The notes under the pieces: generated by a model
What the model was told of the DNA's origin: nothing
Databases searched by the model: none
What the model saw: the letters and a program-made list of their open reading frames with translations, nothing else
Position numbers and translations under genes: made by a program
Shown: positions 1-12,600 of the stretch, in pieces
Layout of the letters: every line of letters starts with the position of its first letter
Position numbering within the stretch: the stretch's first letter is position 1
Origin: Paraspadella gotoi
Taxonomy: Eukaryota; Animalia; Chaetognatha
DNA length: 48,614 nt
Direction of reading: 5' to 3'
Assembly: GCA_051294375.1 (NCBI GenBank)
Contig: CM119265.1
Span: 28,190,553-28,239,166 of the forward strand

Positions 1-129
1 TGATGATAAGTTGAATATAAATTTAAAATTAATTATTAATTATTAATTATTAATTTATTAATTAATTAATTAATCGATTAATTAATTAATTATCGTAGGC
101 AGATCCGACATTGTTTGCTCAAACTTGTT
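1..129 (+). mobile_element. 3' end of a DINE-1-like Helentron-associated element (HINE)
   Basis: GCAGATCCGAC sub-terminal inverted repeat followed by a GTTTG-CTC-AAAC hairpin and TTGTT. The same end occurs at about 2743-2775 and 39020-39051, and it is complementary to the 5' motif AGTCGGATCTGC at 36311. Confidence 0.65.
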
Positions 130-637
130 ATATAAAAACAGTGTGACGCCAACGACGACGACGTCACAAAGAAGCTCACCCGAATCAATATCGATAAAAA
201 TAATCAGAGAGAGAGAGAGAGAGAGTGAGAAAGATAGAGAGAAGCTGGATAGCTACTGGACCGCCGCTGCTTAGCTGAACACGTTTTCAGATGAATCTGA
301 ATAGGGTCGAACTCTTTTGCTTTCTATAAATAAATATTAAAAAATAAATATTTGGGTGTAGAGCCATAGCATGTTCTCATTCTAAATTTTTAACTCAACC
401 CATTGAGAGAAGAAAAAGAAAGAGAGAGAGAGAGAGAGAGCGACATATAATTAAAAGAGAGAGAGAGAGAGAATCTGGACAGCCGCTGGACAGCCGCTGG
501 ACAGCCGCTGCAGAGAAAAGAGAGAGAGAGAGAGCGACATATAATTAAAAGAAAGAGAGAGAAGCTGCACACCCCCGCTACTCATCGATGAATCAGCAGT
601 ACCTATGGCGTCGGACGTAGCGCGAGCTCCTCCCAAC

Positions 638-1777
638 TAGGGTTCCGTTAACCGTTAATTTTTGAGGAACTTNNNNNNNNNNNNNNNNNNNNNNNNNNNN
701 NNNNNNNNNNNNNNNNNNNNNNNNNNNNNNNNNNNNNNNNNNNNNNNNNNNNNNNNNNNNNNNNNNNNNNNNNNNNNNNNNNNNNNNNNNNNNNNNNNNN
801 NNNNNNNNNNNNNNNNNNNNNNNNNNNNNNNNNNNNNNNNNNNNNNNNNNNNNNNNNNNNNNNNNNNNNNNNNNNNNNNNNNNNNNNNNNNNNNNNNNNN
901 NNNNNNNNNNNNNNNNNNNNNNNNNNNNNNNNNNNNNNNNNNNNNNNNNNNNNNNNNNNNNNNNNNNNNNNNNNNNNNNNNNNNNNNNNNNNNNNNNNNN
1001 NNNNNNNNNNNNNNNNNNNNNNNNNNNNNNNNNNNNNNNNNNNNNNNNNNNNNNNNNNNNNNNNNNNNNNNNNNNNNNNNNNNNNNNNNNNNNNNNNNNN
1101 NNNNNNNNNNNNNNNNNNNNNNNNNNNNNNNNNNNNNNNNNNNNNNNNNNNNNNNNNNNNNNNNNNNNNNNNNNNNNNNNNNNNNNNNNNNNNNNNNNNN
1201 NNNNNNNNNNNNNNNNNNNNNNNNNNNNNNNNNNNNNNNNNNNNNNNNNNNNNNNNNNNNNNNNNNNNNNNNNNNNNNNNNNNNNNNNNNNNNNNNNNNN
1301 NNNNNNNNNNNNNNNNNNNNNNNNNNNNNNNNNNNNNNNNNNNNNNNNNNNNNNNNNNNNNNNNNNNNNNNNNNNNNNNNNNNNNNNNNNNNNNNNNNNN
1401 NNNNNNNNNNNNNNNNNNNNNNNNNNNNNNNNNNNNNNNNNNNNNNNNNNNNNNNNNNNNNNNNNNNNNNNNNNNNNNNNNNNNNNNNNNNNNNNNNNNN
1501 NNNNNNNNNNNNNNNNNNNNNNNNNNNNNNNNNNNNNNNNNNNNNNNNNNNNNNNNNNNNNNNNNNNNNNNNNNNNNNNNNNNNNNNNNNNNNNNNNNNN
1601 NNNNNNNNNNNNNNNNNNNNNNNNNNNNNAAATTTTTCTTAAAAAATCAAAGTTTCATAACAAAAATCATACTGAAAAATAACCGAATTTAACCGTTAAA
1701 ATAAATATATTAACGGTTAAGTTAAAATTTTTTTAACCATTAATAACCGTTAACTGTTAACGGTTATCGGAACTCTA
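638..1777. mobile_element. Non-autonomous hAT-like TIR element (copy 1, interior is an N gap)
   Basis: Same termini as 3360-4635: TAGGGTTCCGTTAACCGTTAA ... TTAACGGTTATCGGAACTCTA, flanked by TCCCAAC on both sides. Confidence 0.65.
673..1629. other. Assembly gap (N run)
   Basis: Continuous Ns. Smaller gaps occur at about 4948, 9524, 17945, 30564 and 42844. Confidence 0.99.
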
Positions 1778-3927
1778 CAGTCCCAACCTATAGGACTCGG
1801 GTTTGCGCCCTGCTGATTCACACAAGTAGAGCGAAAAAACTGCTTGTGGCATAGTCCTCTACATTGGTGAGCCCAAAATATAATTAATTTTTTTTTGTAA
1901 AAAAAAAAAGGATGAGAGATAATGAAGAGATAAGGAGATAGAGGATAGACCTTGATAGGTTGATGAATCTGTTGTTAAAGCTCTATCAGAATCTAAAAAA
2001 AAATTGATAGCAGAAATTTTAAATATGTTTTCTGCATTTCATCAATCTCTTCTGTAAGTATTCGTGTTAACCATATTTATTTGAGAGAACTTTAGTGTTT
2101 CGACCTTTTTCCGGCTAATATCTAGTAGGCGGGCCAAAATTGACCACTTTGTAGATAACTTCTAGTGCTCTGTAAGAATTTTTTTTCGCTTTACTACTAA
2201 ATCGTTTGTCAATGTACTATATTTGAATTATTCTGGTTGGTTCTTACACTGAAGCTTCTGTAAATATTTATTAGATATTGAATTAATAATTCATATACAT
2301 TTTGGGACGAATTGTGGCAGTTGGAAATGAGTTTATGAGGAAAAAATAAATCAATTTACTTGAATCTTTATATAATGATTGACTTAATTAATATGTTAAT
2401 TAATAATTTTATTTTTTATTTAGATAGTGAAAAATCATTGAGTCTAAAATAATTCTAAAAGCATATAGATTGATATTATTATTAAGATAGAGACAGAGAT
2501 GAGAGAGAGCCGAGAGAAGAAGAGAGGTGAGAAAGAGAGAGAGAGTGAGACATTAAAATAAAAATAGAGGATATTTGTTTGTTTTGAAAAATGTATAACA
2601 AAATATATTTAATAACTGTCCTAACCAATTTTTAAGGACATCGATATGATATAGTTGAATATAAATTTAAAAATTAATATTAATATTAATATTAATTTAT
2701 TAATTAATTTAATTAATCGAAATTAATTAATCTAATTATGTAGGTCAGATCCGACATTGTTTGGCTCAAATTGTTATATAAAACAGTATGTGACGCCAAC
2801 GGACGACGACGTCACAAAGAAGCTCACCCGAATCATATACGATTAAAAATAATCAGGCAGAGAGAGAGGAGAAGAAGTTGAGAACAGATAGAGCAGAAGC
2901 TGGATCTAGCTACTGGAACCGCCGCTGCTTTAGCTGAACACGTTTTCAGATGAAATCTGAATAGGTCCTCGAACTCGTTTTGCTTTCTTTAAATTAAATC
3001 ATCTAAAATAATAAAAAAGTAGGTTTTGTTAATGGTTGTGAGCCATACGCATTCTGTTCTCGATTCTAATTTATTTAACGCTCAACCCTTAGAGAATAGT
3101 AGAGGATAGGGATAGTAAGTATAGAAAAGATCGAGAGAGAGAGTAGAGGCGCTATATAATTAAGAAAGAGAGGAGATGAGAGAATCTGGACAGCCGCATG
3201 GACAGCCGCTGGACAAGCCGCTGGCAGAGAAAAGAGAGAAGAGAGAGAAGCGACATATAATTAAAAGAAAGAGAGAGAAGCTGGCACACCCCCGTAACTC
3301 ATCGATAATCAGCCAGTACCTATTGGCGTGTCGGACGTAGGCGCGAGCGTCCTCCCAACTAGGGTTCCGTTAACCGTTAATTTTTGAGTGAGGAACTTCG
3401 CTTAAGCCGGTTAAAACTTAACGTTTTTAACGGTTAACCTTAAATGCGTTAATTTATAATTTAATTTTTAAATTTTAAAATATTAATATTCGAAACTAAC
3501 TAAAGCATTTAAATGGTATTTTCTCCTTAACTCCGGCTATTGAATCGTCTTTATCTTTATTTCAGATAGATGAGGTACACATTATACGTGATAAATGAGA
3601 AAATGGTTTGAAAAACAGCATTATAATTAAATTTTCTTTGCCTCATAAGCATAATAAAATATGAAAAAGAGCAATGAAAGAAAAAGCACAATGTAAATTT
3701 TAATTCTGATATTTGGTTTTCTCTTTCTCTCTTCTTTCTTTCTTTCTTTCGTTTTCGCTTTTTCTATTTTTTATTTTCTTCCTCATTATTTTTATAGTTG
3801 TTAGTTTCTTTGAAAGCATGTGTTCTGTTGTTAGTAGTCTTCATAAACCATGACCATAAATATAAATATAATTATGAATATTGTGTTAAGACTTCCTTTT
3901 CGTTGCGTTTATAGTTTAGTGATAAAG

Positions 3928-4080
3928 CAAAGTTTATTTGTTTACAAACAACGGGTTTTTATTTAAAAAAAAAGGACATGTTTCGACTCTCACGCGCTGA
4001 TGAAGACTCGGAAAAACTAGAGTCGAAACATGTCCGTTTTTTGGAATAAAAACCCGTTGTTTGTAAACAAATAAACTTTG
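3928..4080. mobile_element. Penelope-like element pseudo-LTR fragment in inverted-repeat arrangement
   Basis: Inverted arms of about 63 bp (3928-3990 / 4019-4080) enclose a hammerhead core and an AATAAA-containing tail. Partial inverted LTRs bearing hammerheads are characteristic of PLEs. Confidence 0.6.
3994..4037 (+). ncRNA. Minimal type I hammerhead ribozyme motif (PLE type)
   Basis: CTGATGA (3997) - A GACTC/GAGTC stem II - GAAA (4025) - palindromic ACATGT stem III - TC cleavage site (after 4034). Stem I is only about 3 bp. Confidence 0.7.
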
Positions 4081-4774
4081 TTTTCTCTAATTACGAATAT
4101 CAATTTATTAATTGAATGGTTGAATGATCGAAAAATTGAAAGAATAAAGCTAAAAAAAGTAAAATAACAAAGATTATTTATTTTTTGTATTAGCAAAATA
4201 GAATATTATTTGCATGTAAAATTTGATTACAAAAAAATATTCAGATGCATATTATATTCAAAATATTCTATGATGTAAATGTATAAAATTAGCTGAAAGG
4301 AAAAACGAACACAATTGGGAGAAAGTAAGTAAAAAAAAAACCGAAAGGGCAGAAAAAAATGAAAATAGATTATAGAATAGAAAGATTAAAGGGTTGAAAT
4401 ACAAAGAAAAAAAAGGGGGAAATGTAGAAGACAGAGAGAGGGGGAAAATATAGTGAGAAAGGGAGAGGGAGAATAAGGGAAAAAATTTTTCTTAAAAAAA
4501 TCAAAGTTTTCATAACAAAAATCATACTTGAAAAATAACCGAATTTAACCGTTAAAATAAATATATTAACGGTTAAGTTAAAATTATTTTTAAGCCATTA
4601 ATAACCGTTAACTGTTAACGGTTATCGGAACTCTACAGTCCCAACTATAGGACTCGGGTTTGCGCCCTGCTGATTCACACAAGTAGAGCGAAAAAACTGC
4701 TTGTGGCATAGTCCTCTACATTGGTGAGCCCAAAATATAATTAATTTTTTTTTGTAAAAAAAAAAAGGAAAGAG

Positions 4775-4812
<38 letters not shown>

Positions 4813-4972
4813 AGCGAGAGAGAGAGAGAGAGGAGAGAGAGAGGAGAGAGAGAGAGAGAGAGAGAGAGAAAGAACCTGACAGAAGCTGCAGAGTCGGTAA
4901 CTCGTTTTTAGACCAAATCAGAAGAAGCAGTGGAACCAGAGAAAAAGNNNNNNNNNNNNNNNNNNNNNNNNN

Positions 4973-5015
<43 letters not shown>

Positions 5016-5021
5016 AGGAGA

Positions 5022-5074
<53 letters not shown>

Positions 5075-5506
5075 AAGAACCTGGACAGAAGCTGCAGAGT
5101 CGGAACTCGTTTTTAGACAAATCAGAAGAAGCAGTGACAGAGAAAAAGAGAGAGAGAGAGAGAGAGCGACATATGATTAAAGAAAGAGAGAGAGAGAGCG
5201 ACATATAATTAGAAAGTTTTTTTTTTGTAAATAAAACATAAAAAATACAAATATTGATATGAATCATGACAATTTCAAAGATCTTAATGGATTAAAAGCC
5301 TTATATAAATTTTCAATCCCTATGTTATCACATTTCAATAGCCATGATGGTAAGCGTGACGCCGACGACGACAACGTCACAAAGAAGCTTAGCCTTTGCT
5401 TTATATATATATATATTTATATATTATATTACATAAATTTACGAGAAAATCTCGCCTTCGATCTTCACTAAATAAATAATTGTTCCATTTAATATTTCCG
5501 CCGCAG

Positions 5507-5670
5507 ATTATATCTTTGAGGACGGGACGACGGCGACTTCTCCTAAATGACTGGGAATCTGAATCCATTGGAGAAAAGTGTCACAGATTGTGTGCAGATT
5601 CGGTCTGAGGACGGCGGGTGGAAGATAGAGGATTGCAATAGGAAATCTCCCTACATTTGTCAATACAACG
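5507..5670 (+). pseudogene. Frameshifted duplicate of the C-type lectin exon
   Basis: Identical to 8608-8772 except AAATGACT instead of AAATGGACT (164 vs 165 nt), which creates a TGA. It may be a sequencing error in a duplicated segment. Confidence 0.55.
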
Positions 5671-5895
5671 GTGAGATATTTTAGCTACAAAAAGACTAAA
5701 ATTTATATCTTTTCTTCTCATCTTTGATGATTTAACTATAATACAACACAATAAATAACATTAACAAATTAAATATCAAATGCAATACAATACAAAAATT
5801 GTAAATACAATATTTTTTCCCTTTTTTTTGTGAAACTCTCAAAGAATGAAATCTGAGGATATGACGAAAAAGAATTGATTGAAAAAAACGATGAT

Positions 5896-5934
<39 letters not shown>

Positions 5935-6936
5935 ATTTATATATATATATATATATATACGTATATTTAATGTAGTAATTAAGTTTGTTTTGTATAGAAT
6001 CTGCTTTTTTCTAGAAATCAACCTAAATCCCTAACCTTATTTTAAAATATAAAATGTTAAATGAGCTTTTTATAAAAAAAAAAATGATTCGAACATGTTA
6101 TCGTTATTACATTTAAAATATATCTACGTGGTAGAACATGTATTTTCGAAATTTTTAATAAATGATATTCTAGTTCATAACAAATTTAAAAAACTAAATA
6201 AATATATTTCAAAATTGGAAAAAAAAGTCTTGTTTGTGCGATCCTTTCCGTCTTCTTATCACTTTTTATAAAATTTAATATGGATAAACGACTTTGTCAT
6301 CTGCGCTTGAAAAAAAAAAGGCGAGAGAAAAAGCGCAATAAACCTGAGTTTTTTCTTCTTAGGGATGATATGGGAATCTCTTTCTTTCTTTCTTTCTTTC
6401 TTCTTTCTTTCTTTCTTTCTTTCTTTCTTCTTTCTTTCTTCTTTCTTTCTTTCTTTATTCTCTTTCTTTCTCCTTTCCTCTCCCATCTCTATCTCCTCTC
6501 TCTCTCCTCTCTCTCTCTCTTCTCTCTCTCTCACACCATCTCTTTGGCTGCCAAAATTTTTGGCTTTCTTTTTACTTTCCCTTTCTTTAATTTTTTTTCC
6601 TTTATTTTTTTGAAATTATCTTATTTTTTCTCTTTCCTTATTTCTTTGAATCATCCTAATTATCTTTACTTCTCTTTTTCTTTCTCTTGTTTTTTTGTCC
6701 TTCCTTTTTTATCTCGACCTTCCTTATCTTTCTCTTTCTGTCAAATGATCAAATGCACAAACGACTATAACTTACTCTCTTGAAAAATTCATCAAAACAT
6801 GAAATAATCATACGTTTATTTTAAATTTGTATTTACTTATTTGTATCTATATTGTATATATTTACTACACCATCAGATTCGTTTGCTCTCTTTTTAACCA
6901 ATTCTTCCGCCCACTTTTGAATTCTTCATCTATTGG

Positions 6937-7530
6937 TAGAGCCAAACTTCGTCAATGGGGTGGGTCAGAGTTTTTGATTGGGAACCTTTCAAATGAAACT
7001 TCATACATTTCTGAGAAACTTTCATGGACAAAATTTTGCTAAAATGGCCTAGAAGCAAGTTAGTAATTAATTTTTTTAATATTTATTTATAGATAGGAAT
7101 GTTAAAAATTTTTAAAAAATTTTTTTAAGCAGATTAAATATCTTATAAAAATTATCTACACAAAGTTTAATTCTTTCTTTATATTTTGATGATAAGTGGG
7201 TTAAAATTGAGAAAATAACCTTAAAATCATCCATCTCATTATCATCCAATGGATTTAGCAGTTTTACTAATAAAACATTTAAATTTATAAAAGTTGTGAA
7301 TTATATTTTTGCTTAACTTTGTTTAGCCTATCTTTCAAAATCAATTAAAAAAACTTAAAATATCCCAAAAAATATTTTGACATTATATAGCGATATAATA
7401 ATATTAATTACGGAATTATTCACATGGTTCGGAACAGTTTGCAAAAATAAATTTTAACACAATAATTAATACAATAATGGATTAGTTTAATGCTGTTCCA
7501 TTAAGATTTGAATTTCGGTCGCTACCGCTA
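6937..7530. mobile_element. About 600-bp non-autonomous DNA transposon/MITE (TAG...CTA ends); copies at 10092-10685 and 11716-12314
   Basis: The same element occurs in an unrelated flank at 26610-27222, which defines its boundaries. Target duplication here is TCTATTGG/TCATTGG. Confidence 0.7.
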
Positions 7531-7574
7531 TCATTGGTAGTAAAAGAAAATTTAATTTTTCTTCTATAAAGATT

Positions 7575-7978
7575 GCTACAGGAGATACCGGTCAAATTAC
7601 GGGCGCGCTAGTCCTATGTGGTTCATTGCACATGTCCTTTCGTTGGCGCCCATTGCGTCCAGCATATGATGTTTGGAGTGCGCCTTTCTTGGAGCACCTT
7701 TTTCTCATTCCAAACCCTGTGAATCGAATTTCGCCTATTTTCCGAGAATGCCCAATTTTAGGACTGCGTTGTCGGGTTAGAGGTTTTAGTTATTAGAAAT
7801 GAAGATAAGGGTTAAAGTTTAGGAAAGTATTAAGCGAGGATATTACGCTTAGTGAGATTTATCTATATGTCTAAAAATCATTTTATATTAGAATCTTATT
7901 TTAAAAATCAAATTCTGGAAAAAAAGAACAGAATGATCTCTCATCGATAAAGAAAGCCCGAATTGGGCCCCCTGTAGC
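7575..7978. mobile_element. Putative 400-bp MITE with degenerate TTAGGG-like interior
   Basis: Imperfect inverted ends GCTACAGG...AATTACGGGC / GCCCGAATT...CCTGTAGC and an internal GGGTTAG/GTTTAGG-rich tract. Confidence 0.3.
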
Positions 7979-8607
7979 TTTTCTTATCTATTTTTTACAG
8001 AGCTTAGACGACGCGTTGGCAGTCAAGTTGGTGGGTTTTTAAAGATTGTCAGTTTACAGACGAGGAAGTTTTTGGCGCGCTTAAGATTCTGTCGCATCAG
8101 TAAAAAGACATAACGAAGTGAATGAAAAATACTTTTTCGAAACTCCGTGCAATTTGTACTATGTCGCTCAGGATGCATGTCGATGCTGTTACTAAATAAA
8201 TCACAATTATATCAGACAGATTGCTGAATGATAAATCCAGAGAAAAAGAGAGAGAGAGAGAGAGAGCGACATATGATTAAAAGAAAGAGAGAGAGAGAGC
8301 GACATATAATTAGAAAGTTTTTTTTTGTAAATAAAACATAAAAAATACAAATATTGATATGAATCATGACAATTTCAAAGATCTTAATGATTAAAAGCCT
8401 TATATAAATTTTCAACTCCCTATGTTATCACACTTTCAATAGCCATGATGGTAAGCGTGACGCCGACGACGACAACGTCACAAAGAAGCTTAGCCTTTGC
8501 TTTATATATATATATATTATATATTATATTACATAAAATTTACGAGAAAATCTCGCCTTCGATCTTCACTAAATAAATAATTGTTCCATTTAATATTTCC
8601 GCCGCAG

Positions 8608-8772
8608 ATTATATCTTTGAGGACGGGACGACGGCGACTTCTCCTAAATGGACTGGGAATCTGAATCCATTGGAGAAAAGTGTCACAGATTGTGTGCAGA
8701 TTCGGTCTGAGGACGGCGGGTGGAAGATAGAGGATTGCAATAGGAAATCTCCCTACATTTGTCAATACAACG
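8608..8772 (+). CDS. Exon encoding the C-terminal half of a C-type lectin-like domain
   Basis: CCGCAG| acceptor, |GTGAGA donor, 165 nt open phase 1-1. Carries the CTLD pattern W...CV.......G.W....C.....YICQ. Confidence 0.85.
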
Positions 8773-9000
8773 GTGAGATATTTTAGCTACAAAAAGACTA
8801 AAATTTATATCTTTTTCTCTCATCTTTGATGATTTAACTATAATACAACACAATAAATATACATTAACAAATTAAATATCAAATGCAATACAATACAAAA
8901 ATTGTAAATACAATATTTTTTCCCTTTTTTTGTGAACTCTCAAAGAATTGAAATCTGAGGATATGACGAAAAAGAATTGATTGAAAAAAACGATGAATTA

Positions 9001-9050
<50 letters not shown>

Positions 9051-9488
9051 ATATATACGTATATATTAATGTAGTAATTAAAGTTTGTTTTGTATAGAAT
9101 CTTGCTTTATTTCTAGAAATCAAACCTAACATCCCTAACCTTATTTTAAAATATAAAATGTTAAATGAGCTTTTTTTCAAAAAAAAATGATTCGAACATG
9201 TTATCGTTATTACATTTAAAATATAATCTAACGTGGTAGAACATGTATTTTCGAAATTTTTAATAAATGATATTCTAGTTCATAACAAATTTAAAAGAAC
9301 TAAATAAATAATATTTTCAAAATTGGAAAAAAAGTCTTGTTTTGTGGATCCCTCTCCGTCTTCTTATCACTTTTTATCAAATTTAATATGATAAACGACT
9401 TTTGTCATCTGCGCTTGAAAAAAAAAAGGCGAGAGAGGAAAAGCGCAATAAACCTGAGTTTTTTCTTCTTAGGGATGATATGGGAATC

Positions 9489-9523
<35 letters not shown>

Positions 9524-9646
9524 NNNNNNNNNNNNNNNNNNNNNNNNNTCTTTCTTTCTTTCTTTCTTTCTTCTTTCTTCTTTCTTTCTTTCTTTCTTTC
9601 TTCTCTTTTTCTACTTTCTTTCTCCTTTCCTCCCCAATCTCTTCTC

Positions 9647-9684
<38 letters not shown>

Positions 9685-12600
9685 ACACCATCTCTTTGGC
9701 TGCCAAAATTTTTGGCTTTCTTTTTACTTTCCCTTTCTTTAATTTTTTTTCCTTTATTTTTTTGAAATTATCTTATTTTTTCTTTTCCTTATTTCATTTG
9801 ACTCATCCTAAATTATCTATTACTCTTTTCTTCTTTCTCGTTGTTCTTTTTTCTTTTTTTTTATTATCTCGACCTTCCTTATCTTTCTCTTTCTGTCAAA
9901 TGATCAAATGCACAAACGACTATAACTTACTCTCTTGAAAAATTCATCAAAACATGAAATAATCATACGTTTATTTTAAATTTGTATTTACTTATTTGTA
10001 TCTATATTGTATATATTTACTACACCATCAGATTCGTTTGCTCTCTTTTTAACCAATTCTTCCGCCCACTTTTGAATTCTTCATCTATTGGTAGAGCCAA
10101 ACTTCGTCAATGGGGTGGGTCAGAGTTTTTGATTGGGAACCTTTCAAATGAAACTTCATACATTTCTGAGAAACTTTCATGGACAAAATTTTGCTAAAAT
10201 GGCCTAGAAGCAAGTTAGTAATTAATTTTTTTAATATTTATTTATAGATAGGAATGTTAAAAATTTTTAAAAAATTTTTTTAAGCAGATTAAATATCTTA
10301 TAAAAATTATCTACACAAAGTTTAATTCTTTCTTTATATTTTGATGATAAGTGGGTTAAAATTGAGAAAATAACCTTAAAATCATCCATCTCATTATCAT
10401 CCAATGGATTTAGCAGTTTTACTAATAAAACATTTAAATTTATAAAAGTTGTGAATTATATTTTTGCTTAACTTTGTTTAGCCTATCTTTCAAAATCAAT
10501 TAAAAAAACTTAAAATATCCCAAAAAATATTTTGACATTATATAGCGATATAATAATATTAATTACGGAATTATTCACATGGTTCGGAACAGTTTGCAAA
10601 AATAAATTTTAACACAATAATTAATACAATAATGGATTAGTTTAATGCTGTTCCATTAAGATTTGAATTTCGGTCGCTACCGCTATCATTGGTAGTAAAA
10701 GAAAATTTAATTTTTCTTCTATAAAGATTGCTACAGGAGATACCGGTCAAATTACGGGCGCGCTAGTCCTATGTGGTTCATTGCACATGTCCTTTCGTTG
10801 GCGCCCATTGCGTCCAGCATATGATGTTTGGAGTGCGCCTTTCTTGGAGCACCTTTTTCTCATTCCAAACCCTGTGAATCGAATTTCGCCTATTTTCCGA
10901 GAATGCCCAATTTTAGGACTGCGTTGTCGGGTTAGAGGTTTTAGTTATTAGAAATGAAGATAAGGGTTAAAGTTTAGGAAAGTATTAAGCGAGGATATTA
11001 CGCTTAGTGAGATTTATCTATATGTCTAAAAATCATTTTATATTAGAATCTTATTTTAAAAATCAAATTCTGGAAAAAAAGAACAGAATGATCTCTCATC
11101 GATAAAGAAAGCCCGAATTGGGCCCCCTGTAGCTTTTCTTATCTATTTTTTACAGAGCTTAGACGACGCGTTGGCAGTCAAGTTGGTGGGTTTTTAAAGA
11201 TTGTCAGTTTACAGACGAGGAAGTTTTTGGCGCGCTTAAGATTCTGTCGCATCAGTAAAAAGACATAACGAAGTGAATGAAAAATACTTTTTCGAAACTC
11301 CGTGCAATTTGTACTATGTCGCTCAGGATGCATGTCGATGCTGTTACTAAATAAATCACAATTATATCAGACAGATTGCTGAATGATAAATCCTTATTTT
11401 TTCTTTCCTTATTTCTTTGAACTCATCCTAATTATCTTTACTTCTCTTTTTCTTTTCTCTTTGTTCTTTTGTCTTCCTTTTTTTATCTCGACCTTCCTTA
11501 TCTTTTCTCTTTTCTGTTCAAATGACTCAAATGCCAAACGACCATAACTTACTCTCCTTGAAAAATTTCATCAAACATTGAAAATAATCATAGTTTATTT
11601 TAAATTTGTATTTACTTATTTGTATCTATATTGTATATATCTTACACGACCATCAGATTCGTTTGCTCTCTTTTAACAATTTCTTCCGCCCACTTTTGAA
11701 TTCTTCATCTATTGGTAGAGCCAAACTTCGCTCAATGGGGTGGGTCAGAAGTTTTGATTTGGGAACCTTTCAAATGAAACTTCATACATTTCTGAGAAAA
11801 CTTTCAAATGGAGCAAAATTTTTCTAAAATGGCTAGAAGCATTAGTAATTAATTTTTTTAATATTTATTTATAGATAGGAATGTTAAAAATTTTTAAAAA
11901 ATTTTTTTAAAGCAGATTCAAATATCTTATGAGAAAATTATCTACACAAAGTATAATTCTTTTTTATATTTTGATGATAAGTGGGTTAAAATTGAGAAAA
12001 AACCTTAAAATCATCTCATCTCATTATCATGCCAATATTTTAGCAGTTTTTACTAATAAAACATTTAAAAATTTATAAAAGTTGTAATTATATTTTTGCT
12101 TAACTTTTTAAGCCTCTATCAGAAATCAATTAAAAAAACTTAAAATATCCAAAAAATATTTTTGACATTATATAGCGATATAATAGAATTAATTAGGAAT
12201 TACTCCATGGTTCGGAACAGTTTTGCAAAAAAAATTTTAACACAATAATTAATACCAATAATGGATTAGTTTAATGCTGTTCCCATTAAATTTGAATTTG
12301 GTCGGCTACCGCTATCATTGGTAGTAAAAGAAAATTTAATTTTTCTTCTAAAAGATTGACTACAGGGAATACAGTCAAAATACGGCGCGCTAGTCCTATG
12401 TGGTTCATTGCACATGGTCCTTTCATTGGCGCCCATTGCGTCCAGCAATATGTGTTTGAGTGCCGCCTTGCTCTGGAGCCACCTTTTTCTTCATTCCAAA
12501 CCCTGTGAATCGAATTTCGGCCTTATTTTCCCAGAATGCCCAATTTTAGGGACTAGCGTTTCGGGTTAGAGGTTATTAGGTATTAGAAATGAAGATAAGG

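Larger units (their letters stand above)
3360..4635. mobile_element. Non-autonomous hAT-like TIR element (about 1.28 kb) inserted in a tRNA-derived SINE head
   Basis: 21-bp TIRs with 2 mismatches (TAGGGTTCCGTTAACCGTTAA / reverse complement TAGAGTTCCGATAACCGTTAA), many subterminal TAACCG/CGGTTA repeats, and duplicated target TCCCAAC. An empty-site version of the host sequence lies at 38362-38430. No transposase ORF. Confidence 0.75.
130..5395 (+). mobile_element. Rearranged/duplicated internal sequence of the HINE family, carrying nested insertions
   Basis: Shares blocks with the complete element at 38250-39050: GAGAGCGACATATAATTAAAAG, CAGCCGCTG, the tRNA-like head and TTTGTAAATAAAACATAAA...AGCCATGAT. 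Interval 1-1910 is repeated as a noisier copy at about 2645-4770. Confidence 0.55.

Noticed and set aside
1959-2053. Exon-like stretch VDESVVKALSESKKKLIAEILNMFSAFHQSL ending in GTAAGT
   Set aside because: The acceptor is purine-rich, the phase 2 end does not fit the phase 1 lectin exon, and it lies at a junction between duplicated segments.
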